This document shows, one piece after another, positions 1-8,911 of a stretch of 64,000 nucleotides of DNA. Numbering within the stretch: the stretch's first letter is position 1; every line of letters begins with the position of its first letter. A program made the translations under genes and the position numbers. Under the pieces are notes generated by a model that had not been told where the DNA came from, searched no databases, and saw only the letters and a list, made by a program, of their open reading frames with translations. This DNA is from Candidatus Sungiibacteriota bacterium (GTDB lineage Bacteria; Patescibacteriota; Minisyncoccia; Sungbacterales; SURF-37), in assembly GCA_016203665.1 (NCBI GenBank), contig JACQMJ010000008.1, positions 19,150 through 83,149 on the forward strand. The letters run 5' to 3'.

Positions 1-335
1 GCGGCAAAAGCTAAAACCGCCCCAGCCATTGGGAAGAGGTAGCGATGCCGGCCGAGCTCGAGCCCGGCAACAGTAACGCCGGCTTCATTGAGCCAGGTAT
101 AGACATGGCCGTAGAAAAAAAAGACAAAGAGGAATACCGATGCGATGATCCCCGCCTTTAGCCCATCCCTGATGATCAGCCCCACAAGCCAGCGCAGGAG
201 CACGGCCAGCATGATCGCCGCCGCCATGGGAATAAGCACGTCGCCGTAGGCCACGGCCCATCTGTTATAGGCAAATAGGAACAGGACCGGGAAAACGGCA
301 AAAAGGATGGGGTGGATGAAAGATGCCTTGGTCAT
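1..335 (-). CDS. integral membrane protein, 5' part only (gene runs off window start)
   Basis: Minus-strand ATG at 335 opens a frame that stays open to position 1. It translates to MTKASFIHPILFAVFPVLFLFAYNRWAVAYGDVLIPMAAAIMLAVLL..., which is strongly hydrophobic and TM-like. It lies 10 nt downstream of the stop of the 346..1719 gene. It is absent from the ORF track because it has no in-window stop. Confidence 0.45.
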   Translation of the reverse strand, partial: MTKASFIHPILFAVFPVLFLFAYNRWAVAYGDVLIPMAAAIMLAVLLRWLVGLIIRDGLKAGIIASVFLFVFFFYGHVYTWLNEAGVTVAGLELGRHRYLFPMAGAVLAFA

Positions 336-345
336 TGCCGTAACA

Positions 346-1719
346 TCAGGGCTGGGTCATAAGATATAGTACCCGCCCTGAACTTTCAAGATTTCTGCGC
401 TCGCGTATCACGAAATGCTTTCGGAACGCCGCTTCAAAGGCCCCGGCGGTATAGTCGGCAAAAATGTCCTCGCGGCCGGCCAGAAGTTTTTGTACCTGGG
501 AATCCTCTTTGGGCACGAACTCAATGATCAGCGCCGGCGACAAACGGCGGAAAAACTCCGCGATATGCAAAAAGGGGAGGTTATTGGCAATGGCGAGATG
601 ATGAACGAGCGCCAGGGCCAAGAGCATGTCGGCCGGACCCCGTTCCTGGAGGGACATCCGCTCTTCGTGCCCCCAGCCGACGGCCGGACTGGGGTTTAAG
701 AGATCCATTACCAGCGGCAGGATGCGCGTCTCATTCTTACTGACGGTCTCCAGGTAATTTTTTTCCACGGCGGCCGGGTCATAATCAATGGCCACGACAA
801 ATACGCCCGGACGGGCGGCAATACGGCTGAAAAGACCAGTGTTGGCGCCGAGGTCCCAGATGGTTCCCGGGCCGATCTTGGATACAAATTCGTCCACGAT
901 CCTCTTTTTTTGCTCCAGGGCTCCGGGAGAGTAGTTGGTCATATCATAGTAGTCGGCCCACTCGGTGCCGTGCGGCCGCCAGGAACAGCGTTTCACCGCG
1001 CTTTCCAGACTTTCCACCATACCCAGGAGGGCGGCCCGGCTTACTGCTGACTTTTCGGATCGGATGGGCCGTCCGCTAAAATACTTCTGGCTCCGCGAGT
1101 GCAGAAATACATGGAGGAAGAGCGAGGCGTGAAAACGCGCCCGGAACGGCAGCAGGGCGCTGGCCAGATCCAAGGGGATCCCGTCAAGGAAAATCCGGAA
1201 GACCTGGTTCAGACGGACGTCCTTGAACGCCATCAGAGCGAGCGGCGCGAGAAAATGCTGGCAGAACTGGCGATAGGCCGCCCAGGGACGGCCTTCCCGG
1301 TAGGGCTCAAAGGAAAGAGTATCAATGAGTATCGGCCTGCCGCCCTTGAATTGAACGTTAAAGGCGCTGGCATCTTTGAGCGACATGCCAAAGGCCAGGG
1401 CTCGCTTCTGAATGGCCAGCGTCAGGAGGGCCGCATCCTGCAGCTGACTAAAACTCCACTCGTAGGGGTAGGAGACAAACTCTGCCAGCTCCGGCTTGAT
1501 GATTTTATAGGCCGACACGGCCGACTCCGGCGCGACGGCGGCCTCCTCGTGGTTGACCAGCATACCCGCCCGAGCCAGCTCCTTGAAGAGGCCGGAGCGC
1601 ATGAGCTCCTCATAGTGCGCCCGGTACACGACGTTCACCTGCCGATAGAGCGTACCCTCTCTCCAAAATACGAAACCACTGGGGTCCCGGAACGAACCGG
1701 CTACCCTCTGGTGAGGCAT
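346..1719 (-). CDS. two-domain class I SAM-dependent methyltransferase (N-terminal domain of unknown function + C-terminal Rossmann MTase)
   Basis: The C-terminal half has MTase motif I, DLGANTGLFSRIAA, followed by the acidic motif II VVAIDYD. The start was chosen at the second ATG (1719), which overlaps the TGA of the upstream small gene (TGATG coupling). Confidence 0.65.
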   Translation of the reverse strand: MPHQRVAGSFRDPSGFVFWREGTLYRQVNVVYRAHYEELMRSGLFKELARAGMLVNHEEAAVAPESAVSAYKIIKPELAEFVSYPYEWSFSQLQDAALLTLAIQKRALAFGMSLKDASAFNVQFKGGRPILIDTLSFEPYREGRPWAAYRQFCQHFLAPLALMAFKDVRLNQVFRIFLDGIPLDLASALLPFRARFHASLFLHVFLHSRSQKYFSGRPIRSEKSAVSRAALLGMVESLESAVKRCSWRPHGTEWADYYDMTNYSPGALEQKKRIVDEFVSKIGPGTIWDLGANTGLFSRIAARPGVFVVAIDYDPAAVEKNYLETVSKNETRILPLVMDLLNPSPAVGWGHEERMSLQERGPADMLLALALVHHLAIANNLPFLHIAEFFRRLSPALIIEFVPKEDSQVQKLLAGREDIFADYTAGAFEAAFRKHFVIRERRNLESSGRVLYLMTQP

Positions 1720-1943
1720 CATGCTTGGTTTGAACCGCCCCGCCGCCAAACGCGATCAAACAGAAAGCTCTTGACCCGCCGCCAAAAGTTTTTTACGGCA
1801 AACGAAGCGCCAAAGAGGCTCGCCAGGATGATTTGCAAAATAAAACTGCCGGTTCCCGGATCAAGGTAGGCCGCGGCATCGGATGGCAACACCATCAGGA
1901 GAAGCGCAAAACATAATAGAGGGAAAACTGCCATAGGGGTCAT
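1719..1943 (-). CDS. small secreted/membrane protein (signal peptide + one TM), hypothetical
   Basis: An internal ATG at 1943 gives MTPMAVFPLLCFALLLMVLPSDAAAYLDPGTGSFILQIILASLFG..., a signal peptide followed by a hydrophobic helix and a basic tail. The longer track ORF has an Arg-rich N-terminal extension that is probably artefactual. Confidence 0.45.
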   Translation of the reverse strand: MTPMAVFPLLCFALLLMVLPSDAAAYLDPGTGSFILQIILASLFGASFAVKNFWRRVKSFLFDRVWRRGGSNQA

Positions 1944-1965
1944 GATACGCCTTTTTTTTGAATTT

Positions 1966-2145
1966 GTGAACCCCGTTACAACCCGGCCTGAAGGCCGGGG
2001 CCTCCAATGAGTTTTATGGATTCTTCCTTCCTCCCCGCCCTGCCCCGTTAGAGGCTCGCACCAGAGGCGCGGCAGACGCCTGCGGCGTCTTGCCTCTAAC
2101 GGGGCCTGAAGGACGGGGCGTCCGGGTTGTAACGGGGTGAACCCC
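1966..2145. repeat. composite nested palindromic element (outer 16-nt IR enclosing an inner element bounded by the 14-nt IR gccccgttagaggc / gcctctaacggggc)
   Basis: Outer IR is ccccgttacaacccgg (1971-1986) / ccgggttgtaacgggg (2122-2137). Inner IR is gccccgttagaggc (2042-2055) / gcctctaacggggc (2092-2105), with a hairpin-forming loop (agacgcc tgc ggcgtct). Direct repeats cctgaaggccgggg / cctgaaggacgggg are also present. The same inner termini recur at 60557-60632. Confidence 0.6.
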
Positions 2146-2202
2146 ACCCACGGCCTTCGGCTACGGCCTCTGGGCTGTAACCCTTAAATGACGGAGAGTC
2201 CG

Positions 2203-3243
2203 CTATCCGGCTTTGCTGCCGCGAAACATCTCAAATCGCGTCCATACGTTCCGGCGGAGCGTGGCGTAGCGGGTGAGGTAGTGCCAATAGAGCACCAGCG
2301 GCCGGAGGGCGCGCCGGAGGCGCGCCGCCTCCCCGGCCGCGGGAATGAACCGGGCGCGGAAGGGTTCGACTCCTGTTTTTGCGGCCGCCAGGCGCATATG
2401 GCCCGCGGGCAGGCCGAGGCGCTTCTGGGCGGCGAGCGCTTCCGGCGCCTTGCCTTCGTCAACGTCCAGGAACAGCACCCTGAATCCTGCGGCCCCGACA
2501 AAGGCGGCAAGAATTTCTGGAGTGTACATGTACGGATGATCAAGCTGCACGCCGACCCATACCCGGCCGCTTCGCCTGACCTGGTGCCGAAAATTTTTGA
2601 CCTCCAGTATCAGGCGGCCATCGTGTTTCAGGGTCCGCCAGGCCCAGCTGAAAAAATAGGCCGGATCAAGGAAGTGATTGAGCGATTTGACGCAGACAAT
2701 GTTATCCGCCGCAGGGAGACGGATCGGCAGCGCTTCAATATTTTCTATCAGGGCGGCGTGGGTGGGTATGCCGTTCGCGGCTGCATACGCGGCCTCGGCC
2801 GGTACGGGCTCAATGCCGACGGGTTCAATCGGGAGCCGGTCGCGGAGCCCGGCCAATACTCCGCCTTCGCTCGATCCCACGTCAATCGTCACGCCCGGCC
2901 GCATATACTGCCCCAGCCGCTCGGCCAGCCCCTGGCCATGGCGGCGCGCTTTTGCAAAGCCCCAGCCGATCGGCCGGGATTCGTCGGTGTGGGCGCTGGA
3001 CTTGTAGCGGTGCTGCACTCCGCTAACGGAGGAATAGAACTGCTCGTACCATGCTTTCGCCGGCCGGGGGTTCAAAAATATGAGCCCGCAGCTCTTGCAG
3101 AGAACGGTCCGCACCGGCACGCCGACGCAATCTTTCCGGGAGAGCACGGTAAATTCCTCTCCGCCGCAGAGGCGGCAGGGAATTGTTTCCATGAGGGCAC
3201 CGTCCAGAAATCCGGGATCGATCTTGCGGCCGCTGATTTTCAT
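2203..3243 (-). CDS. class I SAM-dependent methyltransferase with N-terminal zinc-ribbon
   Basis: N-terminal CRLCGG...CKSCG is a CxxC-X17-CxxC zinc ribbon. Motif I is IDVGSSEGG. The architecture is Methyltransf_23/11-like. Confidence 0.65.
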   Translation of the reverse strand: MKISGRKIDPGFLDGALMETIPCRLCGGEEFTVLSRKDCVGVPVRTVLCKSCGLIFLNPRPAKAWYEQFYSSVSGVQHRYKSSAHTDESRPIGWGFAKARRHGQGLAERLGQYMRPGVTIDVGSSEGGVLAGLRDRLPIEPVGIEPVPAEAAYAAANGIPTHAALIENIEALPIRLPAADNIVCVKSLNHFLDPAYFFSWAWRTLKHDGRLILEVKNFRHQVRRSGRVWVGVQLDHPYMYTPEILAAFVGAAGFRVLFLDVDEGKAPEALAAQKRLGLPAGHMRLAAAKTGVEPFRARFIPAAGEAARLRRALRPLVLYWHYLTRYATLRRNVWTRFEMFRGSKAG

Positions 3244-4577
3244 GGCATGGCGTTCAAGATATACGTAGCCAGCCGCTCCCCGGCCCGGCCGTCAAGCGCT
3301 CCGCAGTGCGCGGCCACGATGGCCGCCCGCCCGTCCCGGTCGAGCTCGGGCTCTTTGATATAGCGCATGACCCAATCGCAGAGCTCATCAGGGCTTTTGG
3401 CCAGACGCACGCCGCCTGATGCCAAAATGAACTGATGGTGCTCGTAATCATAATATTTAAGAATGCCCTCGTGATAGGGCCGCGGCGTTTCATCAAATCC
3501 GACTAAAACCACGGGCTTCATGAAGGCAATGGCATCCACGATCATAGTGGAGGCCCAGGTTACGACAACATCGGCCGCGTTCAGTGAATCGGCAAGGTGC
3601 CGGTCCGCGGCCCGATCCATGTTGATATTCACGAAGTCACCGTAATCGCCGGGATCATCCAGGCGCATATTCGGCGGAAGCGCTTTACCTTCCAGGCCGC
3701 TCCGGCCGACAATGGGCGGCCTTATCAAAACTTGGAGGCCGCTTGCGGCAAGCGCGTCAACGACCAGCGGCGATACCAAATTATCGCGCAGGTACCGATC
3801 ACTGGGCGTGGCAAAAAGAACGAGCTTTTTATTTTCATCAAATCCGAATTTCCGCATGAAATCAGAACGCGGCATGCAATCCTGCGAGCGATAGTGGTCA
3901 TAGTGCGGCACACCGGTAATGAAAATGCGCTCACCGGGAACATCACCATAGCGGATAAGCTCGTTCTGGATGCGGGGGCCGTTCACGACCACCTCGTCGG
4001 GAATATGCATGAGAAGGGTCTTTGAGGTCACGTTATCCCAGGAGCGGACCATGCCTACGGTTTTGACCCCGCTTTTCTTTGCGGCAAGCATGAGTTTCAC
4101 GTCCTGCAGTGCAAAAACATCCGTGGCAAAAACTAGATCAGGGCGGTACTTTTTAAAAAGGCGCTCGTATTCGCGATAACCGAGCAATATGCCGACAAAA
4201 AAACGAGACATCCGCCGCACCCAGCCAATACGGCCTAAAAAACCAAAGATAACGGAGGCCGCGTAATCGAAGCGGTTCCGATCGAGTGCGAACTTGACCC
4301 GCCGCTGTACCTCGCGCGTTTTCGTCGGCAGGAGGTTGGTGGCGATGGTCCAAAGCAAACGGTCAAAACCGTCGGGGATTTCCTTGGCCGGCATATGGAT
4401 ACCCTCAAAGATGACATTGGGTCCGCCGAACTCGCGCCGGAGCGCGGAAACGTTCTGCTCCGACGCCACTACTACGATCTTTAACCCTGGCTCTTTTGCC
4501 AAACGCGAAAACGCGTCCGTCGCAAGAATATTCCGGGCGATAAGTCCGCGGATGCAGGTGATGAGAATGGTTTTCAT
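3240..4577 (-). CDS. CDP-glycerol glycerophosphotransferase-like (TagB/TagF family) polysaccharide biosynthesis protein
   Basis: The length and the C-terminal region (...YYDYEHHQFILASGGVRLAKSPDELCDWV...) resemble the Glyphos_transf family. It has a paralog at 20894..22252. The start was taken at the internal ATG 4577 (MKTILITCIRG). Confidence 0.5.
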   Translation of the reverse strand: MKTILITCIRGLIARNILATDAFSRLAKEPGLKIVVVASEQNVSALRREFGGPNVIFEGIHMPAKEIPDGFDRLLWTIATNLLPTKTREVQRRVKFALDRNRFDYAASVIFGFLGRIGWVRRMSRFFVGILLGYREYERLFKKYRPDLVFATDVFALQDVKLMLAAKKSGVKTVGMVRSWDNVTSKTLLMHIPDEVVVNGPRIQNELIRYGDVPGERIFITGVPHYDHYRSQDCMPRSDFMRKFGFDENKKLVLFATPSDRYLRDNLVSPLVVDALAASGLQVLIRPPIVGRSGLEGKALPPNMRLDDPGDYGDFVNINMDRAADRHLADSLNAADVVVTWASTMIVDAIAFMKPVVLVGFDETPRPYHEGILKYYDYEHHQFILASGGVRLAKSPDELCDWVMRYIKEPELDRDGRAAIVAAHCGALDGRAGERLATYILNAMP

Positions 4578-4713
4578 TTCCGCCAGTCGGCTAAGCGAGT
4601 TCAATAAGTAAGTGCACCACCCAAGGCTTGTAACGGTGTCTTCCACCCGAGCCGTTTTCTTGGCCGAGCGTTGAGAATGTCCGTTTTATATTTACCAAAG
4701 AACAGGCACCGAA

Positions 4714-5844
4714 TCAGAACGCCCGCTCCATGGCCTCCAAAATATAGCGCGAGCGCGCCAGCACGGTATGGCCCGCCCGTACATCGGCCGCCCAGCGATC
4801 CGCTATGGCTTCCCGCTCGGCCGGATGAGCCAGGTAGTGGCGGATTTTATCCAGGAGCGCGGGAGCGTCTTTCAAATGATAGCGTCCGTCCCGGCATTCG
4901 GCAGCGTAGAGAACGGCGTTTTGGCCGTCGCGAAGCGGCGGACCGGCGGTTTCAATATAGGGCTTGGCCGCGATGAGCAGCGTTCGGGGCGCGAGGCCGA
5001 CCTCACAGTGGCGATACGAGTCCCAGGAAATGCCGGAGGGTGAAAGCGCCATGCGGCTTCCGGCAATATTATCCCAGTACTCCCGCATGGCCAAAAACGC
5101 CCCCCGCGAGGTATGTTCCAGAATGAGCGCGCTCGGGAACGTATCCCGTACCAGCGAAACGACTTCCTGCCGCTCGGGTTGAGCGATGGGCCGCGGCCGA
5201 CCGCTATAAAAAACATCTGACTTTTTCCGTGCCTGATGGTCGAAGGCGTACGATGCGGGGCGGACCGGGGAGGGCGCCAGCGGGAACACAAGGTCTGTCC
5301 GGTACCCCAGCGGCAGCTCTTTTTTAAAATATAGGTCAAAGTCCCGGCCCGGAACCAAACCGCGGAAAAGTTCCCGTTCCGTATCTGCCCCCTTACCGCC
5401 CCCGTAGAGAGACGGATGATCATGCACATCAATCACGGCTACGGGAATGGCGCGCCTCCGCGCCGCGGCAATGAGAAACCCCGCCCTGCCCCAGGACTTG
5501 GCCGAAACCAAGAGCGCATCAACCGAAGGCAGGATACGCTCGGCTTCATCGGCGCCGACGAAAGTCGGGGGCGGCGCGCCGATGCAGGAGGGGTAGGGGC
5601 AGGCCGGGGGAACTTCTTGGGATAAAAAATGCGGCAGATACCTCCCGAATGAAAATACGTGTTCCCCGCCCAGCAGGGCGGGCAAATCGCCGTAAAAAAT
5701 AAGCTCGGCCGAATAAATTTTCGGCTGGCTGAAATGGCGCGCCGCGGCGCGTGCCGCAGCCGAGAGGAATGAGCGCCATCCTGGAGGCAGAGGAGATTCA
5801 AGGAACCGCTCCTCCGGAACGAATAAGAGGTTCTTGATCTTCAT
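4714..5844 (-). CDS. glycosyltransferase family-1-like protein (CgeB/DUF3880-type), paralog A
   Basis: The C-terminal GT-B-like half ends in AEREAIADRWAADVRAGHTVLARSRYILEAM. A conserved ACPYPSC Cys motif is present. It is about 50% identical to the adjacent 5841..6962 gene, and the two overlap by 4 nt. Confidence 0.45.
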   Translation of the reverse strand: MKIKNLLFVPEERFLESPLPPGWRSFLSAAARAAARHFSQPKIYSAELIFYGDLPALLGGEHVFSFGRYLPHFLSQEVPPACPYPSCIGAPPPTFVGADEAERILPSVDALLVSAKSWGRAGFLIAAARRRAIPVAVIDVHDHPSLYGGGKGADTERELFRGLVPGRDFDLYFKKELPLGYRTDLVFPLAPSPVRPASYAFDHQARKKSDVFYSGRPRPIAQPERQEVVSLVRDTFPSALILEHTSRGAFLAMREYWDNIAGSRMALSPSGISWDSYRHCEVGLAPRTLLIAAKPYIETAGPPLRDGQNAVLYAAECRDGRYHLKDAPALLDKIRHYLAHPAEREAIADRWAADVRAGHTVLARSRYILEAMERAF

Positions 5845-6962
5845 ATGATCCCGGTCATGCGGTCCAGGATGTACTGCGAACGCGCCCGTACCGTGTGGCC
5901 GGCGAGCACGTCAGCCGCCCAGCGATCCGCCATGGCTTCGCGTTCGGCCGGATGCGCCAGGTAGTGGCGGATCTTATCGACGAGATCCTGCGCCTTCTTC
6001 AGATAAAACCACCCGTCCCGAAACTCGGTGTCGTAGAGAACGGCATTGACGCCGTCCATGAGCGGCGGTCCGATAGTCTCAACATAGGGCTTGGGCGCGA
6101 TCAGAGCCGTGCCCGGCGCGAGTGCTGACTCGCAGTGCCGGAAAGAATCCCAGTCAAAGCGCGAGGGCGAGAGGGCCAAGCGGGCGGCCGAAAGGCCGTC
6201 CCAGTAGTCGCGCAGTGTCAGGAACGTGCCGTGGGTCTTATGATCAACGAGTTCGGCTGCCGGGAAGTTCTGCCGGATAAGTTCAATCACGGCCGTGCCG
6301 TCGGGCTGTCCATGCCCCCGCATCTTGCCGCTGTAGAAGATGTCTACTGCCTTGGGCAGAGCGCGGAACTGATAGACCTCGGGCCGGAGCGGAGCCGGAG
6401 CCAGCGGCAGAACTATCTCGGTTTGATAGCCCAGGGGCAAATTCTCCTTGAAGTAGAGATCAAAGTCCGGCCCGGCCTCAAGGCCGCAGGTAAGCTCGGC
6501 CGAGATGTTTCGCGCCTTGTAAATTGACTGATGATCGCTGGCGTCGAGGATCGCCACCGGGATGCCGCGCCTGCGAGCACTCGCCCGCGCGAGCGCTCCG
6601 CGGGCTCCGGCCTGCACAGAGACCAGCACCGCATCCACGTTCGGCAGGATGGGCTCAAGTTGCCGCTCCGTGATAATCGTTCCGGCCGGCGTAGCGTGGC
6701 AAGATGGATAGGGGCAGGCCGGCGGCGGGGGGGCGATGTGCAGGTGGGGATAGGTGCGGCCGAGAATGAAGGTATTTTCCTGACCGAGGATGGCGGGTAT
6801 GTCGCCGTAACGCTGAATCTCGGAATTATATACGGAAGGCATGCCGAAGATCCGGCGCTTCGCACTCTTGAGGGCGCGGCTGACAAGAGCCGCGGCCGGA
6901 TGAGCCGGTTCGCGCTCGACCAGGGCATCAGCGGGAACGATCAGCAGGCGCCGAATCGTCAT
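5841..6962 (-). CDS. glycosyltransferase family-1-like protein (CgeB/DUF3880-type), paralog B
   Basis: It is colinear with 4714..5844 throughout (YGDIPAILGQE.../PPPPACPYPSC/...AEREAMADRWAADVLAGHTVRARSQYIL). Confidence 0.45.
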   Translation of the reverse strand: MTIRRLLIVPADALVEREPAHPAAALVSRALKSAKRRIFGMPSVYNSEIQRYGDIPAILGQENTFILGRTYPHLHIAPPPPACPYPSCHATPAGTIITERQLEPILPNVDAVLVSVQAGARGALARASARRRGIPVAILDASDHQSIYKARNISAELTCGLEAGPDFDLYFKENLPLGYQTEIVLPLAPAPLRPEVYQFRALPKAVDIFYSGKMRGHGQPDGTAVIELIRQNFPAAELVDHKTHGTFLTLRDYWDGLSAARLALSPSRFDWDSFRHCESALAPGTALIAPKPYVETIGPPLMDGVNAVLYDTEFRDGWFYLKKAQDLVDKIRHYLAHPAEREAMADRWAADVLAGHTVRARSQYILDRMTGII

Positions 6963-7091
6963 ACCCCGCTAGAAGTCTCAATTAGATGCAAATACTTGGC
7001 TTTAAGGTGAGTCGGCATAAACACATTTCGCGTTAGCACTTTACGAAAAATTTTCTCCGCGAAAATTTTTCGCTGAAGACTTCCAACAGGG

Positions 7092-8162
7092 TCATACCGC
7101 CTCGGTCAGATCGTCAAGCTCCTTAAAATCGGCCAAACCGGTCAGGCGCTCGGCTTTATCGTAGGGCGAATAATCCTCCTCCCGGTCGGCAAAAACGATC
7201 TGGCTGCCACCGAATTCGAACTGGAACGGCACGTGGACGAAGCGGGCCAGGCGCTCGCGCACCAAGGCCTGACGCTCCGGCGGGACGAACAGGAGCATAA
7301 AGCCGCCGCCGCCCGCACCCAAAAGCTTTCCGCCGATGGCTCCGGTAGAGCGGGCTTCGCGGTAAATCCCGTCCACATGCGCATTGGATATGGCGGTACT
7401 GATGGCCTTTTTCGCCTGCCAGGCATCATGCAGCAGCCGGCCGAATTCGCGGAGGTCACGGTTGGAGCCAAGAATCTTCATCCCCTCCTCGGTCATGTCC
7501 CCGATAGACCGAAGCTGTTCTTCCTGTTCATTGAGGTCGGGCACGTAGCTTGCCGTCATGGCTTCGGCCGTGCGCTGAACACCGGTGTAGAAGAGCATGA
7601 GGTGGTTTGAGAGCTCATCAAGGCGCCCGCGAGCGATGGTGACGGGACGAACCGTAAACTCTCCTGACGGCGCAAAGGTAATGTGGTTCAGGCCGCCGTA
7701 GGCGGTCAGGATCTGGTCCTGGCAGCCAACGTGTTCCTTCAAGAGCTGCTGCTCGACGTGAATCGCTTGGCGGGCCAGTTCCGCTTTCGGGGTCATCCGG
7801 CCCTCGAGTGCGGAAAGCGTGTGGAGCAGGCCGACGGTGAAGGCAGAACTTGAACCCATGCCGCTCCTGGCGGGCAGGTCGCCGTGGTGGGCGAGATGCA
7901 GGGAACGATCAAACTTCAGATAGCCCAGCACGGCGCGCACAGCCGGGTGCGCAATCTCGTCAATCGTCCGCCGGCGTTCGTTGTGGGAATAGACAATGCT
8001 GTAGCGGAAGTCAAAAAATGGCGGCAGGTGGCGGCACAGGAGGTAGGAGTACTTGTCTATGGTCGTGGCCAGCACCGCCCCGCCGAAATGGCGGAACCAC
8101 GACGGGTAATCGGTTCCCCCGCCGAAAAATGAAATGCGAAACGGCGTGCGGGTGATGATCAT
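7092..8162 (-). CDS. hddA: D-glycero-alpha-D-manno-heptose 7-phosphate kinase (GHMP kinase, HddA-type)
   Basis: The GHMP ATP-binding motif LPARSGMGSSSA is present, and the Gly-rich loop FFGGGTDYP sits near the N-terminus. It lies next to gmhA and gmhB. The start was taken at the internal ATG 8162 (MIITRTPFRISFFGGGTDY). Confidence 0.7.
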   Translation of the reverse strand: MIITRTPFRISFFGGGTDYPSWFRHFGGAVLATTIDKYSYLLCRHLPPFFDFRYSIVYSHNERRRTIDEIAHPAVRAVLGYLKFDRSLHLAHHGDLPARSGMGSSSAFTVGLLHTLSALEGRMTPKAELARQAIHVEQQLLKEHVGCQDQILTAYGGLNHITFAPSGEFTVRPVTIARGRLDELSNHLMLFYTGVQRTAEAMTASYVPDLNEQEEQLRSIGDMTEEGMKILGSNRDLREFGRLLHDAWQAKKAISTAISNAHVDGIYREARSTGAIGGKLLGAGGGGFMLLFVPPERQALVRERLARFVHVPFQFEFGGSQIVFADREEDYSPYDKAERLTGLADFKELDDLTEAV

Positions 8163-8212
8163 GAATTTGTCTTCGCGTTTTGCAGAATTTGGTGCGGGGT
8201 CATATCGCATCT

Positions 8213-8911
8213 TCAGACCAACCGGTCATCGGCGGCGGTCTGCGGCAGGACGCCGCGCCGCTCGGGGTAAAGGAAACACTCGACGAGCTCGCAGATCACA
8301 TGTTCAACCGCGAGGTGCGCCTCTTGAATATGGCTCGTCCGCTCGCTCGGCACCGCGATGACGAGGTCAGCGACCGACGCGAGCGGGCCGCGGCGGCCCG
8401 TCAAGGCAATTGTTGCGATGCTCATGCGTTTTGCCGTTTCCAAAGCACGGATGACATTCTCCGACGTGCCGCTCGTCGAGATCCCGATGAGGACGTCGCC
8501 GCGGCGCCCGATGGCCTCGACCTGCCGCGAAAAAATCTCCGCGAACCGCTTGGCGTCATTTGAGAATGCCGTCAGGAACGAAGTGTCCGTCGCGAGGGAA
8601 ATCGCCGGCAACGGCGGACGCTCGAACGACCGATCAAGGATGTTGGTAAATTCGGCAGCCATGTGCTGGCAGTCCGCCGCACTGCCGCCATTGCCGCAGA
8701 GAAGCAGCTTCCCGCCGTTCCGGAACGCATGAGCGATGATCTCGGCCGCGCGCGCAATGGCCGCTACGGTCGCCGGCGGCCCGGCGGGGGCGGCGGCAGA
8801 CGCAGCAAAGACGCCCCCATCCGCCGCGGCCGCAATGGCATGCTTGACCGCAGCACTGGCATGGAGATGATCTTGAATTTTCTGGTAGATCCAGCTGTTG
8901 TCAGTTATCAT
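8213..8911 (-). CDS. gmhA: D-sedoheptulose 7-phosphate isomerase (SIS domain) with Ala-rich insertion
   Basis: SIS-domain hallmarks are present: LLLCGNGGSAADCQH and GISTSGTSENV. A low-complexity Ala-rich insert (AAAADGGVFAASAAAPAGPPATVAAIA) sits near the N-terminus. Confidence 0.75.
   Translation of the reverse strand: MITDNSWIYQKIQDHLHASAAVKHAIAAAADGGVFAASAAAPAGPPATVAAIARAAEIIAHAFRNGGKLLLCGNGGSAADCQHMAAEFTNILDRSFERPPLPAISLATDTSFLTAFSNDAKRFAEIFSRQVEAIGRRGDVLIGISTSGTSENVIRALETAKRMSIATIALTGRRGPLASVADLVIAVPSERTSHIQEAHLAVEHVICELVECFLYPERRGVLPQTAADDRLV

Noticed and set aside
1099-1869. 256-aa plus-strand ORF
   Set aside because: It lies entirely antisense to the well-supported methyltransferase gene 346..1719. 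Its Arg/Gly/Pro-rich translation is typical of GC-rich antisense frames.
2188-3363. 391-aa plus-strand ORF
   Set aside because: It is antisense to the zinc-ribbon methyltransferase (2203..3243), which has clear MTase motifs. The antisense ORF has no domain features.
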